Below the pieces are notes generated by a model, which was given only the letters and a program-made list of their open reading frames with translations, was not told the DNA's origin and searched no databases. A stretch of 63,979 bases of DNA, filler included, from an uncultured Methanosarcinales archaeon (GTDB lineage Archaea > Nanobdellota > Nanobdellia > Woesearchaeales > CAZKBD01): the NCBI GenBank assembly GCA_964550945.1. It is 6 parts of 6 records of this genome, joined end to end, with 100 filler letters (N's around TTAATTAATTAA, not from the genome) between each part and the next. Parts side by side here need not be neighbours in the genome. Positions count along the whole stretch, not along the records: positions 1 to 12,301 come from CAZKBD010000055.1; positions 12,402 to 24,570 come from CAZKBD010000056.1; 4 more parts are not named here. One strand, 5' to 3'. The position numbers and the translations under genes are program-made. Below are positions 10,201 to 19,016 of the stretch, in pieces; position 1 is the stretch's first letter; each line of letters begins with the position of its first letter.

Positions 10201-10494
10201 ATTGATATTTATGGTACTAAACACCAAGATGTTCTTGCATATGATCGGCCAAGAAGGCTTGTAGCTGATAAGCCTTTTATAAGAGCACAAATACTTTATG
10301 CAATGCATGAAGAGATGGCTCTTACTCTAGAGGATGTCATGATGAGAAGGACTGCTATTGGCACATTAGGTTACCCAGGCGATGAATGTACAATAAGCGT
10401 AGCTAGAATCATGGCTAATCATTTTGGTTGGAATCAAGCTCAAACTGAAAAGCAAATAGAGGAATTTAAAGCTATATACTCAATCAAGGATTAG
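7273..10494 (+). CDS. Fusion of alkyl-DHAP-synthase-like FAD oxidase and FAD-dependent glycerol-3-phosphate dehydrogenase (GlpD)
   Basis: KWNGWG, PFGGGTSV, HFPQSFEYSSLGGWIATR, SHHHSVG, NPAKL; then GAGING, GTTSASSKMAHGGLRYL, GGKIT; single frame; ATG at 7273 preferred. Confidence 0.9.
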   Translation: MKWNGWGAPDKEYGLRHNPQLLALLHQTLGLSGEESPSTHFEDITLPEISIPGKVMDIINSFLTASTTKEQRILHAFGRSYPDLIRIRHNEIEHAPDVVVFPETTKEIERLYGIASDYGLKIVPFGGGTSVVGGVQTTCEGTVCLSTRALNKILSIDEYSQTAQVQAGILGPDLEARLNEAGLTLGHFPQSFEYSSLGGWIATRGAGQASTLYGKIEDMVESLTLCSPTATFTTKPTPASATGPDIDQLIIGSEGQFGVITDAVLKLHPLPEASYYCGFLVRNFQEGIESLKYLMQNGVVPAVARLSDPEETRYLVEISSAKSGALKRFGIKGAMQFAKLRGFGGDPSLVILGFEGSNDQVEFYHKSARSILDAFSLGRSAGNNWLKHRFEAPYLRDDLIDLGVMVDTIETATTWSNLPLLYRETRAALEHAIHSFGVNGSVQTHLSHLYRDGASLYFTYIAKAIEGLEIGQWKKIKQAATNAIMQNGGTLSHHHSVGTEHLPWIEDELGLRGIELLKELKRNFDPDGILNPAKLIPLQKGNGLKRDLEAMARNDYDVLIVGAGINGAAIAYDASLRGLKVALVDKGDFASGTTSASSKMAHGGLRYLKNLEIGLVRESLRERRVLAEIAPHLVSPLAFVMPIYENGPTRINRIKLGMRLYDRLASRGTTHPDKALPTHNMLGPNQVMELEPNILPDGLVGGALYYDCQIRSPERLCLEFILSAGSNGADIANYSEVEKFLIEDNAVKGVSVRDQTSGRTYRINARVVVNASGPWVDEVMGLYNLGHAQVLGGTKGIHIITPNISNNAIVLSTKETGRSFFIEPWRGHSLIGTTDTEYHDSLDDVTATKEDIQSLLDDVNEAYDVNLKMKDVLFAYAGVRPLAYDPDNENTEISRRSEVREEDIQGIITIVGGKITPARSLAEEATNKILRRLKRKAKCQTEATQLYGSTNNHSGYLARQLQMMDGRIDEDILINLIDIYGTKHQDVLAYDRPRRLVADKPFIRAQILYAMHEEMALTLEDVMMRRTAIGTLGYPGDECTISVARIMANHFGWNQAQTEKQIEEFKAIYSIKD

Positions 10495-10688
10495 TAATTA
10501 TGCATCACCCCATTTTTACTGCTATTACTATGGCAAGTATCTCAAACTTTAATGAAGTTCGCAGACATCCATATAAAATGATCTTGGGGAATTGGTACAA
10601 ATATAGAGAGTAGGCCATAGGGAGATTCTACAAGGTTAGATTAAGACCCATAAGGCAGCTGATTGCTTGGTAAAATGATTTCTTAACC

Positions 10689-10737
10689 GAAACATTTATA
10701 TAACAGAGAACATTACAAATGCATTACCATGGTAATG
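10689..10737 (+). promoter_or_regulatory. BRE/TATA promoter with putative RHH operator
   Basis: GAAACA-TTTATATA; CATTAC at 10711; perfect palindrome CATTACCATGGTAATG at 10722-10737. Confidence 0.6.
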
Positions 10738-12198
10738 GATACTATCCAAATAAGACTAACTCATGATATGGTCAATGAATTAAAGCTTTTAGTAGGTTAC
10801 GGCTTATATCCCAATACCTCTGAAGCAGTTAGAGACGCTGTACGCAGGCTTATAACTGGGAGAGAAGGCCCTATAAATCTTCCAGAAGAGAAAAAGGTGG
10901 AACAAGCAATAAAGAAGATAGATAAGGAGATTAAGAAGCAATTTCAGAAGCCAAAAGGTACTGTTGATTTCTTTCCAGAGGAGCTGGCTTTTAGGGACTA
11001 CATTTTCAATAAGCTAAGGGAAACTGCTAAAAACTATAATTTTAAGGAGATTGAAGCGCCAGCTTTTGAGAGCATTGACCTATTGACTGCAAAGCAAGGC
11101 GATGAGATAAAAGAGCAGATATTTGTCCTGGAAAAAAAAGGGGATGAAGAATTTGGCCTAAGGTTTGATATAACTGTTTCTGCAACAAGGATGTTTATTG
11201 AAAAACAGAAATCACTGCCCAAGCCAGTAAAATGGTTCTATATAACAAGAATGTGGAGATATGAAAAGCCACAAGCTGGAAGGTTAAGGGAATTTTTCCA
11301 GTTTGGAACTGAACTTTTTGGCTCAGACAAGCCAGAAGCAGATGCTGAAATGATCAGCTTGATGATTGATTCTTTATCAAATTTAGGCTTAAGCAAAAAT
11401 GATTTTTTTATTAAATTGAACAATCGAAAATTATTAGAGGGATTATTGTTAGATATTGCGGATAAAGAGAGCATTCCAGGGCTAATGAGATTGATTGATA
11501 AAAAATCAAAAATAACAGACGAAGAGTTTGTTAAGGAATTAGCAAAGATAAACCTTGATGGAGAAAAAGGAGATAAGATAATGGAGATATTGGATATCAA
11601 AGATATTGGCGAATTAAAAAATAAAGCACTAAATCAATTGGCGCAGCAAGGATTAAATGAATTGACCTCAATCTTAAGCCTGTTAAAAAACAAAAAAGAA
11701 TTCCTAAAATTAGACCTATCAACTGCACGAGGATTAGCTTATTATACCGGGATTGTTTTTGAGTGCTTTGACAAAGAAGAGAAGTTCAGGGCAATTGCCG
11801 GTGGCGGAAGATATGACCAGATGGTAGCTATGTTTAAAGGAGAGCCATGCCCAGCAACAGGCTTTGGATTGGGGTTTGCAACTTTATCATTGCTGCTAAA
11901 AGAAAAGAATTTGTTGCCTGAGATTGATTTAAGCCCTGATTATTACATAGCTGTGCTTAATGACAAATTGAAAAATAATGCGATTGAGATATGCGATAAG
12001 CTCAGAAAAAAATATTCTGTTGAGATTGATCTGTCGCAAAGGAATCTTGGCAATCAGTTGAAGTATGCCAACTCAATTAAAGCAAAAAAGGTCATCTTCT
12101 TGGGAGAAGACGAGATCAAAAACAATCTGTTAACAATCAAAGACATGAGCACAGGAGAACAAGTTAAAATGAAGTTAGGAGAAATTATTTCTCTCTAA
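10729..12198 (+). CDS. hisS: Histidine--tRNA ligase with N-terminal ribbon-helix-helix domain
   Basis: PKGTVDF, LRFDIT, RYEKPQAGRLREFFQ, RGLAYYTG, GGGRYD, anticodon domain; N-terminal TIQIRL..YPNTSEAVRDAVRRL. Confidence 0.95.
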   Translation: MVMDTIQIRLTHDMVNELKLLVGYGLYPNTSEAVRDAVRRLITGREGPINLPEEKKVEQAIKKIDKEIKKQFQKPKGTVDFFPEELAFRDYIFNKLRETAKNYNFKEIEAPAFESIDLLTAKQGDEIKEQIFVLEKKGDEEFGLRFDITVSATRMFIEKQKSLPKPVKWFYITRMWRYEKPQAGRLREFFQFGTELFGSDKPEADAEMISLMIDSLSNLGLSKNDFFIKLNNRKLLEGLLLDIADKESIPGLMRLIDKKSKITDEEFVKELAKINLDGEKGDKIMEILDIKDIGELKNKALNQLAQQGLNELTSILSLLKNKKEFLKLDLSTARGLAYYTGIVFECFDKEEKFRAIAGGGRYDQMVAMFKGEPCPATGFGLGFATLSLLLKEKNLLPEIDLSPDYYIAVLNDKLKNNAIEICDKLRKKYSVEIDLSQRNLGNQLKYANSIKAKKVIFLGEDEIKNNLLTIKDMSTGEQVKMKLGEIISL

Positions 12199-12301
12199 AC
12201 TCGGCCATATGGTCTTCCATATGGACAATTTCTAATTTATCCATTATTTTCACCTCTAACCAGAGAGAATATCTGACTGTTTATAAAGTTTACGGTTTTT
12301 T

Positions 12302-12401
12302 NNNNNNNNNNNNNNNNNNNNNNNNNNNNNNNNNNNNNNNNNNNNTTAATTAATTAANNNNNNNNNNNNNNNNNNNNNNNNNNNNNNNNNNNNNNNNNNN
12401 N
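12302..12401. other. Contig linker (assembly artefact)
   Basis: N run with TTAATTAATTAA all-frame stop. Confidence 0.99.
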
Positions 12402-12514
12402 ATTGCAGTGTAGGGAATTCCACATCTATTTATAAATGTTATGGTTGTTTTGGGCTGGATGATTTATGTGAATAAATTCTTATAAAAACTACTGGAAAAT
12501 TAAAAAAGAATAGA

Positions 12515-13648
12515 TTATGATAATGATTGGTATTCTCTTTTAATCATGCTTTCAAAACCAGTTGATCTTAAACCAGTGCAGTTATAGATAACTGCAGCAA
12601 TGCCATCTCTTTGGATTTCTTCTGCAAATTGCGGCAAAGCAAAGCCCATTGCAGCAACTCTTGCAATTGGAGTTGCGTCAACACCATAGTTTAAACAAAA
12701 TATTCCTGCTCCAACAACCCTGTCGCCCTTGCTTAAATATCGAGCTGGGTCTGCAATTAATCTTGCAACAGTATCTCCAAGATGAGGATTAGCTGCTCTT
12801 TGGTAGATTGAATTTCTGTGATCTGTAAGTGCTTGTTTAGAGAAAGATTCTCCGCTGCCCCTATATGCCATGGACAACGCTTCAATTGTAGCAGATGTCA
12901 CTTCTACTGCAAACTCCCTCACCTCAGCATCTTGAGCTGTATCAGCAACAGTGGTATAGCCTTTTTTTGAAGCCAACAATCCTACAGCAAAGTGCATTAG
13001 ATTATGCAGGTATAACTTTCTATGCTCCATCTGCTCAAAAGGAGAATATGGCAGCATTGTTAATCTCGGCATCTCGCCCTTAAAAGCATCTTTGTCAACA
13101 GGAAAATCGCTTGAGGTATAGTCTTCTGAAACAAAACTGCCATCTGCATCTCTTCTTCCCATAACATGCACAACACTATTCACTAATCCCACTCTTGAGC
13201 CTGCTTCTGGAAAAAGATTTCCTAATCCCTCCCTAATTTCTGCTGCAGCTGTTGGATGATTCTCTGCAAATATTATATTCTTTGTTCCGTTGGATTTACC
13301 AAGAAATCTTTCCAACCCTGCTCCAAGATAAGGTATAGTTTTGCCAAGATGTTTTTTTCCGACTGCGGTTACCACTAAATCGCTTCCAGCAATTTCCTGT
13401 GCAATTGCTTCCAGATTTGCTTCTTCAAGCAAAATGCCCCTTGTCCCATGAATTGTTAGTGATCTCAATTCATCTAAAGAAGCGACATTAACCTCATACA
13501 TACCAGCAACATAATCCAATGCATCTTGGGAAACATCAAGAAAGACTAATTCATACCCATTTGATGATAAATTTCTCCCAACAAAACCAGCCCCATTCTG
13601 CCCTGCTCCAAATATCACTGCTTTATTGATTTCTGACAATTGAATCAC
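12515..13648 (-). CDS. Mannitol-1-phosphate 5-dehydrogenase-like polyol dehydrogenase
   Basis: FGAGQNGAGF, TAVG, FAEN, RKLYLHN, NPHLGDTVAR..P.R.L...DR; start uncertain. Confidence 0.8.
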   Translation of the reverse strand: MIQLSEINKAVIFGAGQNGAGFVGRNLSSNGYELVFLDVSQDALDYVAGMYEVNVASLDELRSLTIHGTRGILLEEANLEAIAQEIAGSDLVVTAVGKKHLGKTIPYLGAGLERFLGKSNGTKNIIFAENHPTAAAEIREGLGNLFPEAGSRVGLVNSVVHVMGRRDADGSFVSEDYTSSDFPVDKDAFKGEMPRLTMLPYSPFEQMEHRKLYLHNLMHFAVGLLASKKGYTTVADTAQDAEVREFAVEVTSATIEALSMAYRGSGESFSKQALTDHRNSIYQRAANPHLGDTVARLIADPARYLSKGDRVVGAGIFCLNYGVDATPIARVAAMGFALPQFAEEIQRDGIAAVIYNCTGLRSTGFESMIKREYQSLS

Positions 13649-13838
13649 AGTCTCTTACTTCAACTTCTTCTCCTTGGATGGTTAGTGTTGGCATTTTTCT
13701 TATCCCCCTAACTATTAATCCAAATCGAAATTACATTCTCTTTTATAAATCTTTCCTCAATATAACTACTTTAAAATAGATACTTACGGAAAAGTTTAAA
13801 TATGGGTTTAAAATCTGAAAATGTATTTGAGGAATATT

Positions 13839-16412
13839 ATGGTTAAATCAATAAATATTTTTCCAGGAGAGCCTATAGGCCCCGAAACTTCGGTCGGAAT
13901 TCTTGAGTCTAAGTTATATTCTAGGGAGGAGTTAGATAGAAGGAGGCCTGAAAAAAAAAGATACCCTTATCACAATGAAGACGGGAGAAAAGTACTTACT
14001 ATAAATGGTTATAACAAAAATTTAAGTCAGGAGTTAGCTTTATCTGATGGGCTCATCACCCAAGATAAAGCAAGCCAAATGCTGGAAGCGATGCTTCTTG
14101 GCAGAGAACTTGAAAAAATGAGCGTGATGTTGACTTATAAGGAGTTTGGCAATAAATACGGCGACGTAAAGAGAGCAGATCTTGGCGATATAACCTTTCC
14201 TAGCCATCTGGCAATTGGCCAAGAGGCTATGTCTGTTGGCTCAATCTTTGCTGTTAATCCTGATGACCTGATAACAAGCACTCATAGGGGCCATGTAGAT
14301 GCATTAGTAAAAGGATATAGGGCTATAATGGCAATGAGTGATAGTGAGTTAGGACAATTACTAGATAAAAATCAAGATATTGCTTCTAGATTAGGTCTTC
14401 CTAAAAATCCTAGTGCACAAGCAGACTTATTAAATCAAACAATTGATATTCATATTTACAGAACAATAGCTGAGTTATTTGGCAAAGAAGATGGATACTG
14501 CCATGGCCAAGGTGGAGGTATGCATCTTGCATGGTGTGAAGTGGGTAACCTTGGTAATAATGCAATTGTTGGCGGTATGATAGGCATTGGAGCTGGTTCT
14601 GGTATAGCTTCTAAATTTCTTAAAGATGGAAAAACAACATTAGCGATAGCTGGTGATGGTGCATACCTTAATGAAAATGCTTATGGCGCTATAAATATGG
14701 CAACAATGGGGCAGTTTAGAAACAGTATGATGTCTACAACAGATGGCCCCCATGTGGTGTTTGTATGCTACAATAATATCTACGCAATGACTACACAGAC
14801 ACCCCATGAAGCGACTTCAAACAGATTCCTTTCAAGAAGATTTACTGGCTTTGATGATTATACAGGAATGCATGCAGAAACTGCATTTGGAATGAATGTC
14901 TTAGCTGTTCATGACCTAATCGCAAGAGGAAAAAAAGCATGTGATGATGGCAAAGGACCTGTTTTTGCAGAACTTTTTGGCACTAGATTCTTTGGCCATT
15001 CATTAAGTGATGATGCGCTTGGTTTATCAGGCAAGGTTGGTGAAACATACAGGACTAAAGAAGAAATTCTCGAGTGGAAAAATTATGATCCTGTCTCATT
15101 ATTTGCGTCTGAAATGGTTCTTGCTGGCTTGATCACAGCAGAAGACTTCAGGGCATTAGAAAAACAAGTTGAAGAAAGGGTGCAAAGATTGGCTATTCAT
15201 GCGGTTAAAGCTGGCTTTTCCTCTCCTGACAGGATGTACCATGGGCTATACACCGAAGAAACATCTGATGTTGTTCCAGCTCAATTTGCAAATCCAGCAT
15301 CTCCAGGACCTCAGTTAACATTTGAAAGGGATGCAAATGGCAGAATTAGCTATGTTGAAGCCATTAAAGAAGCGATTGCCCAAGAGATGAGAAGAGATAG
15401 AAGGGTTATATTATTTGGTGAAGATTTAGCAGAATATGGTGGAGCGTTTGGAGAAACAAAAGGATTATGGCAAGAGTTTGGTTTTGACAGGGTTTTTGAT
15501 ACTTGCTTATGCGAAGCTAATATTGCTGGTATGGCTAATGGTATGGCTCTAAGGGGTTTAAGGCCAATAGCAAAAGCATCAATGTATATTGATTTTTTAA
15601 CACAGGCTTTAGACCAGATTGCAAATCATGCTGCAAAATTACCTTATATGTCTGGCGGCCAGCTTCAAGTGCCTGCTGTATTCTGGACTGATGAAGGCGG
15701 CGGAATGGGCTATGCTGGCCAACACTCACAGGCTCTAGAAAGAATGCTAACAATGTTCCCGGGCTTAAAAGTTGTAGCTCCTGCAACAGCTTATGATGGA
15801 AAAGGATTGATGATTACTGCAATAAGGGATAACAATCCAGTTGTTTTTATTGGCCACCAGAATTGTTATAAAAATATACGGTGCGATAGTTCAGGCTTTG
15901 TTCCTGTTCCTGAAGAGCCTTATACAGTCCCAATAGGCAAAGCAAACATTGTAAAAAGGATAGAAGGAGAACCTGAAGTAGGAAAAGCCGTTACATTAAT
16001 CTCATATTCCTGGATGCTTCACATCACATTACAAGCAGCAAAAATGCTAGAGAAAGAAGGGTATCAACCAGAGGTTATTGATTTAAGAACTTTACTGCCT
16101 CTAGATACAGATACATTATATTGGTCTGTAAGAAGGACTGGCAGGGTTGTAATTGCGCATCAGGCTTGTGTTGAAGGGGGCCTTGGACAGCAGATTGCCG
16201 GGAAAATAATAAGCGAGGGATTTTCTGGCGACCATGGAACAGACATGATGGATTATTTAGATGCTCCTATAAGGATTGTTGGAGCGCCATTTACAGTACC
16301 TCCATGTTCAGTAGTGCTTGAGAGAAGTTTTACTAAGCCAGATGGGTCAAGGAATAGGGGATTTATTCCAGGCCCTGAAGAGATTTATCAAGCTGCAAAA
16401 GATATATTATGA
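13839..16412 (+). CDS. 2-oxoacid/acetoin dehydrogenase E1 alpha-beta fusion (TPP-dependent)
   Basis: HLAIGQEA, STHRGH, GGGMH, GDGA..NN, RFFGHS; beta part GEDL, RVFDT, GQHSQ, DLRTL.PLD; ATG at 13839 after GAGG. Confidence 0.92.
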   Translation: MVKSINIFPGEPIGPETSVGILESKLYSREELDRRRPEKKRYPYHNEDGRKVLTINGYNKNLSQELALSDGLITQDKASQMLEAMLLGRELEKMSVMLTYKEFGNKYGDVKRADLGDITFPSHLAIGQEAMSVGSIFAVNPDDLITSTHRGHVDALVKGYRAIMAMSDSELGQLLDKNQDIASRLGLPKNPSAQADLLNQTIDIHIYRTIAELFGKEDGYCHGQGGGMHLAWCEVGNLGNNAIVGGMIGIGAGSGIASKFLKDGKTTLAIAGDGAYLNENAYGAINMATMGQFRNSMMSTTDGPHVVFVCYNNIYAMTTQTPHEATSNRFLSRRFTGFDDYTGMHAETAFGMNVLAVHDLIARGKKACDDGKGPVFAELFGTRFFGHSLSDDALGLSGKVGETYRTKEEILEWKNYDPVSLFASEMVLAGLITAEDFRALEKQVEERVQRLAIHAVKAGFSSPDRMYHGLYTEETSDVVPAQFANPASPGPQLTFERDANGRISYVEAIKEAIAQEMRRDRRVILFGEDLAEYGGAFGETKGLWQEFGFDRVFDTCLCEANIAGMANGMALRGLRPIAKASMYIDFLTQALDQIANHAAKLPYMSGGQLQVPAVFWTDEGGGMGYAGQHSQALERMLTMFPGLKVVAPATAYDGKGLMITAIRDNNPVVFIGHQNCYKNIRCDSSGFVPVPEEPYTVPIGKANIVKRIEGEPEVGKAVTLISYSWMLHITLQAAKMLEKEGYQPEVIDLRTLLPLDTDTLYWSVRRTGRVVIAHQACVEGGLGQQIAGKIISEGFSGDHGTDMMDYLDAPIRIVGAPFTVPPCSVVLERSFTKPDGSRNRGFIPGPEEIYQAAKDIL

Positions 16413-16516
16413 TCGGGCAGAAATACTGGTTGAGATTCTAATCACAATAATAACAGGATTAAACAAAACATATCCGCGCCGGGCATCTGTTCAACTGCAT
16501 ATTAAAACCAAAAGCC

Positions 16517-16569
16517 TTAAATATAAGAATAACCATCATAGTGGTTATAATAACCTAAATGGTGGTTAT
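16517..16569 (+). promoter_or_regulatory. TATA box with ATAACC/GGTTAT inverted boxes (putative TA operator)
   Basis: TTAAATA, then ATAACCA-n6-TGGTTAT and GGTTAT-A-ATAACC. Confidence 0.45.
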
Positions 16570-17158
16570 TTTGGAATTGAAAGACGTAATCAAGAAAAAT
16601 GATGCAAGAAGGATATTCGGCAGGAAAGAGATAGGGATAATTCTAAAGCAGCTGGATGGAGTCGCATTAACCCAATCTGAAAAGAACCGGCTGTCGAGGG
16701 ATATAAGGCCAAAACTGGAGTTCATAAAAGAAATTTCCAAGTTCCAAGGCGAATTTGAGCTTAAGAAAGGCTCTGATAACCTTAAGGTCATAAGCAAAAT
16801 TGTCCAATTAATCTTAGAAGATGAGCTAAAAGAAAGAATAAATGCTATACTGCTGTTTGGATCTAGAGTGAGGGGAATCGTGACTAACAGGTCGGATATT
16901 GATATAGCAGCTGTATTTAAAGACATCTCACCTGAGGAAGCAACAAGGTTTAGGATAAGGATATCTAAAGAGCTTTCTGAAAAGGCGGATATTCAGGTTT
17001 TCAACACTTTGCCGCAGAAAATAAAAAGAGAGATTGCAAAAGACCATATCATTCTTTACAAGAGCAAAAATTTTGACAACCAGTCATTTACTATAAGATA
17101 TTTAAAGGATAACGATTATTTTATAAGAAAACGAAATATATTTGGGCATAAAGCATGA
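16559..17158 (+). CDS. mntA: MNT nucleotidyltransferase antitoxin (type VII TA)
   Basis: GSRVRGIVTNRSDID matches GSx10DxD; ATGA overlap with the HEPN gene. Confidence 0.85.
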   Translation: MVVILELKDVIKKNDARRIFGRKEIGIILKQLDGVALTQSEKNRLSRDIRPKLEFIKEISKFQGEFELKKGSDNLKVISKIVQLILEDELKERINAILLFGSRVRGIVTNRSDIDIAAVFKDISPEEATRFRIRISKELSEKADIQVFNTLPQKIKREIAKDHIILYKSKNFDNQSFTIRYLKDNDYFIRKRNIFGHKA

Positions 17159-17565
17159 AAAAGGCTGCAGACAAAATAACCGAAATCAGAAGATTCTTGG
17201 AAGAGCTTGAAGGGATTGTTCCAGAAGATTTCAACAGCTACAGGAATAGCATAGAAAAAAAAGCAGCCTGTGAAAGGTATGTCGAGAAGATAGTGGAGTC
17301 TGTGACTGACTTGGCATTTATGGTGATCAAGGATAAGAAACTGAGGATACCTGAAGATGATGTGGATGCATTTAACATATTGCTGGACAGCGATATCATA
17401 GCTAAAGAGCTGGCTTCAAAGCTAAAATGCGCTAAGGGGATGAGGAATATAATATCCCATCAGTATGGCGCTGTTGATGATAAGATTGTTTTTGAGTCCA
17501 TAAAAGAAGAGCTTGATAAAGATGTTAATGAGTTTATCAAGGTTGTTAAAAAGGTTCTGAGTTGA
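17155..17565 (+). CDS. hepT: HEPN/DUF86 RNase toxin
   Basis: RNIISHQY matches Rx4HxY. Confidence 0.9.
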   Translation: MKKAADKITEIRRFLEELEGIVPEDFNSYRNSIEKKAACERYVEKIVESVTDLAFMVIKDKKLRIPEDDVDAFNILLDSDIIAKELASKLKCAKGMRNIISHQYGAVDDKIVFESIKEELDKDVNEFIKVVKKVLS

Positions 17566-17566
17566 T

Positions 17567-18061
17567 ATGCCCTCAATAACACATCCAAGGCAGGTTGTTT
17601 TGATCACATCCCGAGCAAGGATCGACTTCAGAGGCAAAGAGATCTACAAGGATAATGTCGCTGCAACAACATTTGACATGCCATGCTCATTAAATCCGAA
17701 AAGCTATTGCATTTCCCTGCCAAAAACATCCCATACTTCAAAATTGATAAATTTATCCAAAGTCTTTGTCGTAAATTTTGTTCTTGATAACATGAAAGAA
17801 GAAGTTGAGGCCTGCGTTAAGCACTCAGGAGAGCATCTAGACAAGTTTGAACAGGCTAAGATAGAAAAAGAAGAAGCTGAAAAGGTTGACTGCCCAAGGC
17901 TAAAAGGCTCTGCAGGGTATTTGGAATGTGAAGTTATTAACGAATTGGAAGTTGGAGACCACATGTTATTCATCGGAAAAGTCGTCAATTCAATGCTCAA
18001 CAGCCCTGGAAAAAGATTGTTTCTGAAAGAAACTGGAAAGTACACGACAACTGTCGAATAA
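17567..18061 (+). CDS. Flavin reductase-like protein
   Basis: PRQVVLITS, FVVN, LECEV..EVGDHMLFIGKV. Confidence 0.9.
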   Translation: MPSITHPRQVVLITSRARIDFRGKEIYKDNVAATTFDMPCSLNPKSYCISLPKTSHTSKLINLSKVFVVNFVLDNMKEEVEACVKHSGEHLDKFEQAKIEKEEAEKVDCPRLKGSAGYLECEVINELEVGDHMLFIGKVVNSMLNSPGKRLFLKETGKYTTTVE

Positions 18062-18337
18062 AATATGGGTCTTTCATCTACGAAGTATTGTTCGCTTAGG
18101 ATGGTAGTTGGTAATAATTAATTTTATCATTGATTTTTATTTTTTAATGGTTAACAACCCCCATTGATTTTAAAATTACGGAAGATACTTATTGTTCTAA
18201 ATTAAATTTTATCTTTTGACTTTAACTTTTTATTGATATAACGGTTTTTTCTCGATGTCATAACAAGAGTGAAAAACCTTCAAAAATCGAAAGATTTAAA
18301 TATAATATAAACTTATACCATAGTATAAAGGTATAGT

Positions 18338-18616
18338 ATGGTGATCAAAATGCAAGAAGTATTACATTACCCCAGGTTGGATACAATATTAAAAATTGAA
18401 AAACTATTGAAATCTGCTAAAGAGCCAATTTCAAAGAACGAAATAGACAGAAGATTAAAAACCCAGATAATGAGGCCTACATTAAACATTATCTTGGAGT
18501 ACTTGGAACAGAGTGGAAAGATAGCAATTCTTAAAGAAGGGATTATTTGGATTTATTCTGCTGATGCCAGCGAAAAGCTAAAATCAAAACTTCAAAAAGC
18601 TGTAACTGTGATGTAA
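18338..18616 (+). CDS. Small winged-HTH protein, putative antitoxin
   Basis: YPRLDTILKIE..LEYLEQSGKI; abuts the RelE-like gene; TTATAC-CATA-GTATAA palindrome upstream. Confidence 0.65.
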   Translation: MVIKMQEVLHYPRLDTILKIEKLLKSAKEPISKNEIDRRLKTQIMRPTLNIILEYLEQSGKIAILKEGIIWIYSADASEKLKSKLQKAVTVM

Positions 18617-18985
18617 ATGAACAAGGAAGTAATCATACAATTTGATGCAGACGCATATAAGGAATACACTGAACTGCAGGAAGCGGTAGCTCAAAGTAAA
18701 CCTTCTTGTTCAAATCCCACTTATGGGCAATTACTGTCGTCAATAAACAATGCAATCAAAAACATGAAGGCTAACCCCTTCTATGGAGATTTGATACCCC
18801 GAAAATATTTAAGCAAAGGAGTAATTGGCAGGTATGGAACTGACAAGATATTCAGAGTCGAACTTGTAGGTTATTGGAGATTGTTATACACCGTTGTGGG
18901 AGATGAAGCTAAAATCATCGCATTTATTCTTGAATATATGGACCACGAAAAGTATAACAAAATATTTGGATACAAGAAAAGATAA
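18617..18985 (+). CDS. RelE/ParE-like toxin
   Basis: NPFYGD..IFRVELVGYWRLLYTV..DHEKY. Confidence 0.65.
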   Translation: MNKEVIIQFDADAYKEYTELQEAVAQSKPSCSNPTYGQLLSSINNAIKNMKANPFYGDLIPRKYLSKGVIGRYGTDKIFRVELVGYWRLLYTVVGDEAKIIAFILEYMDHEKYNKIFGYKKR

Positions 18986-19016
18986 ACTAGCTCCATTGTT
19001 TATTACTAACTGAAAA

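Noticed and set aside
12185..12260. 19-aa minus-strand ORF with GAGGTGA SD and twin CCATATGG palindromes
   Set aside because: Too short, overlaps the hisS stop and has no recognisable motif; cannot be supported.
12302..12401. TTAATTAATTAA flanked by Ns, five times in the window
   Set aside because: Artificial contig linker. The intervening contigs fall in length order (12169, 11995, 11535, 11435 bp), so they are size-sorted rather than adjacent.
18150..18200. Resemblance to the reverse complement of 36511-36560 (GGAAGATAC..GTTCT)
   Set aside because: Short match, and the second site is coding sequence; probably chance.
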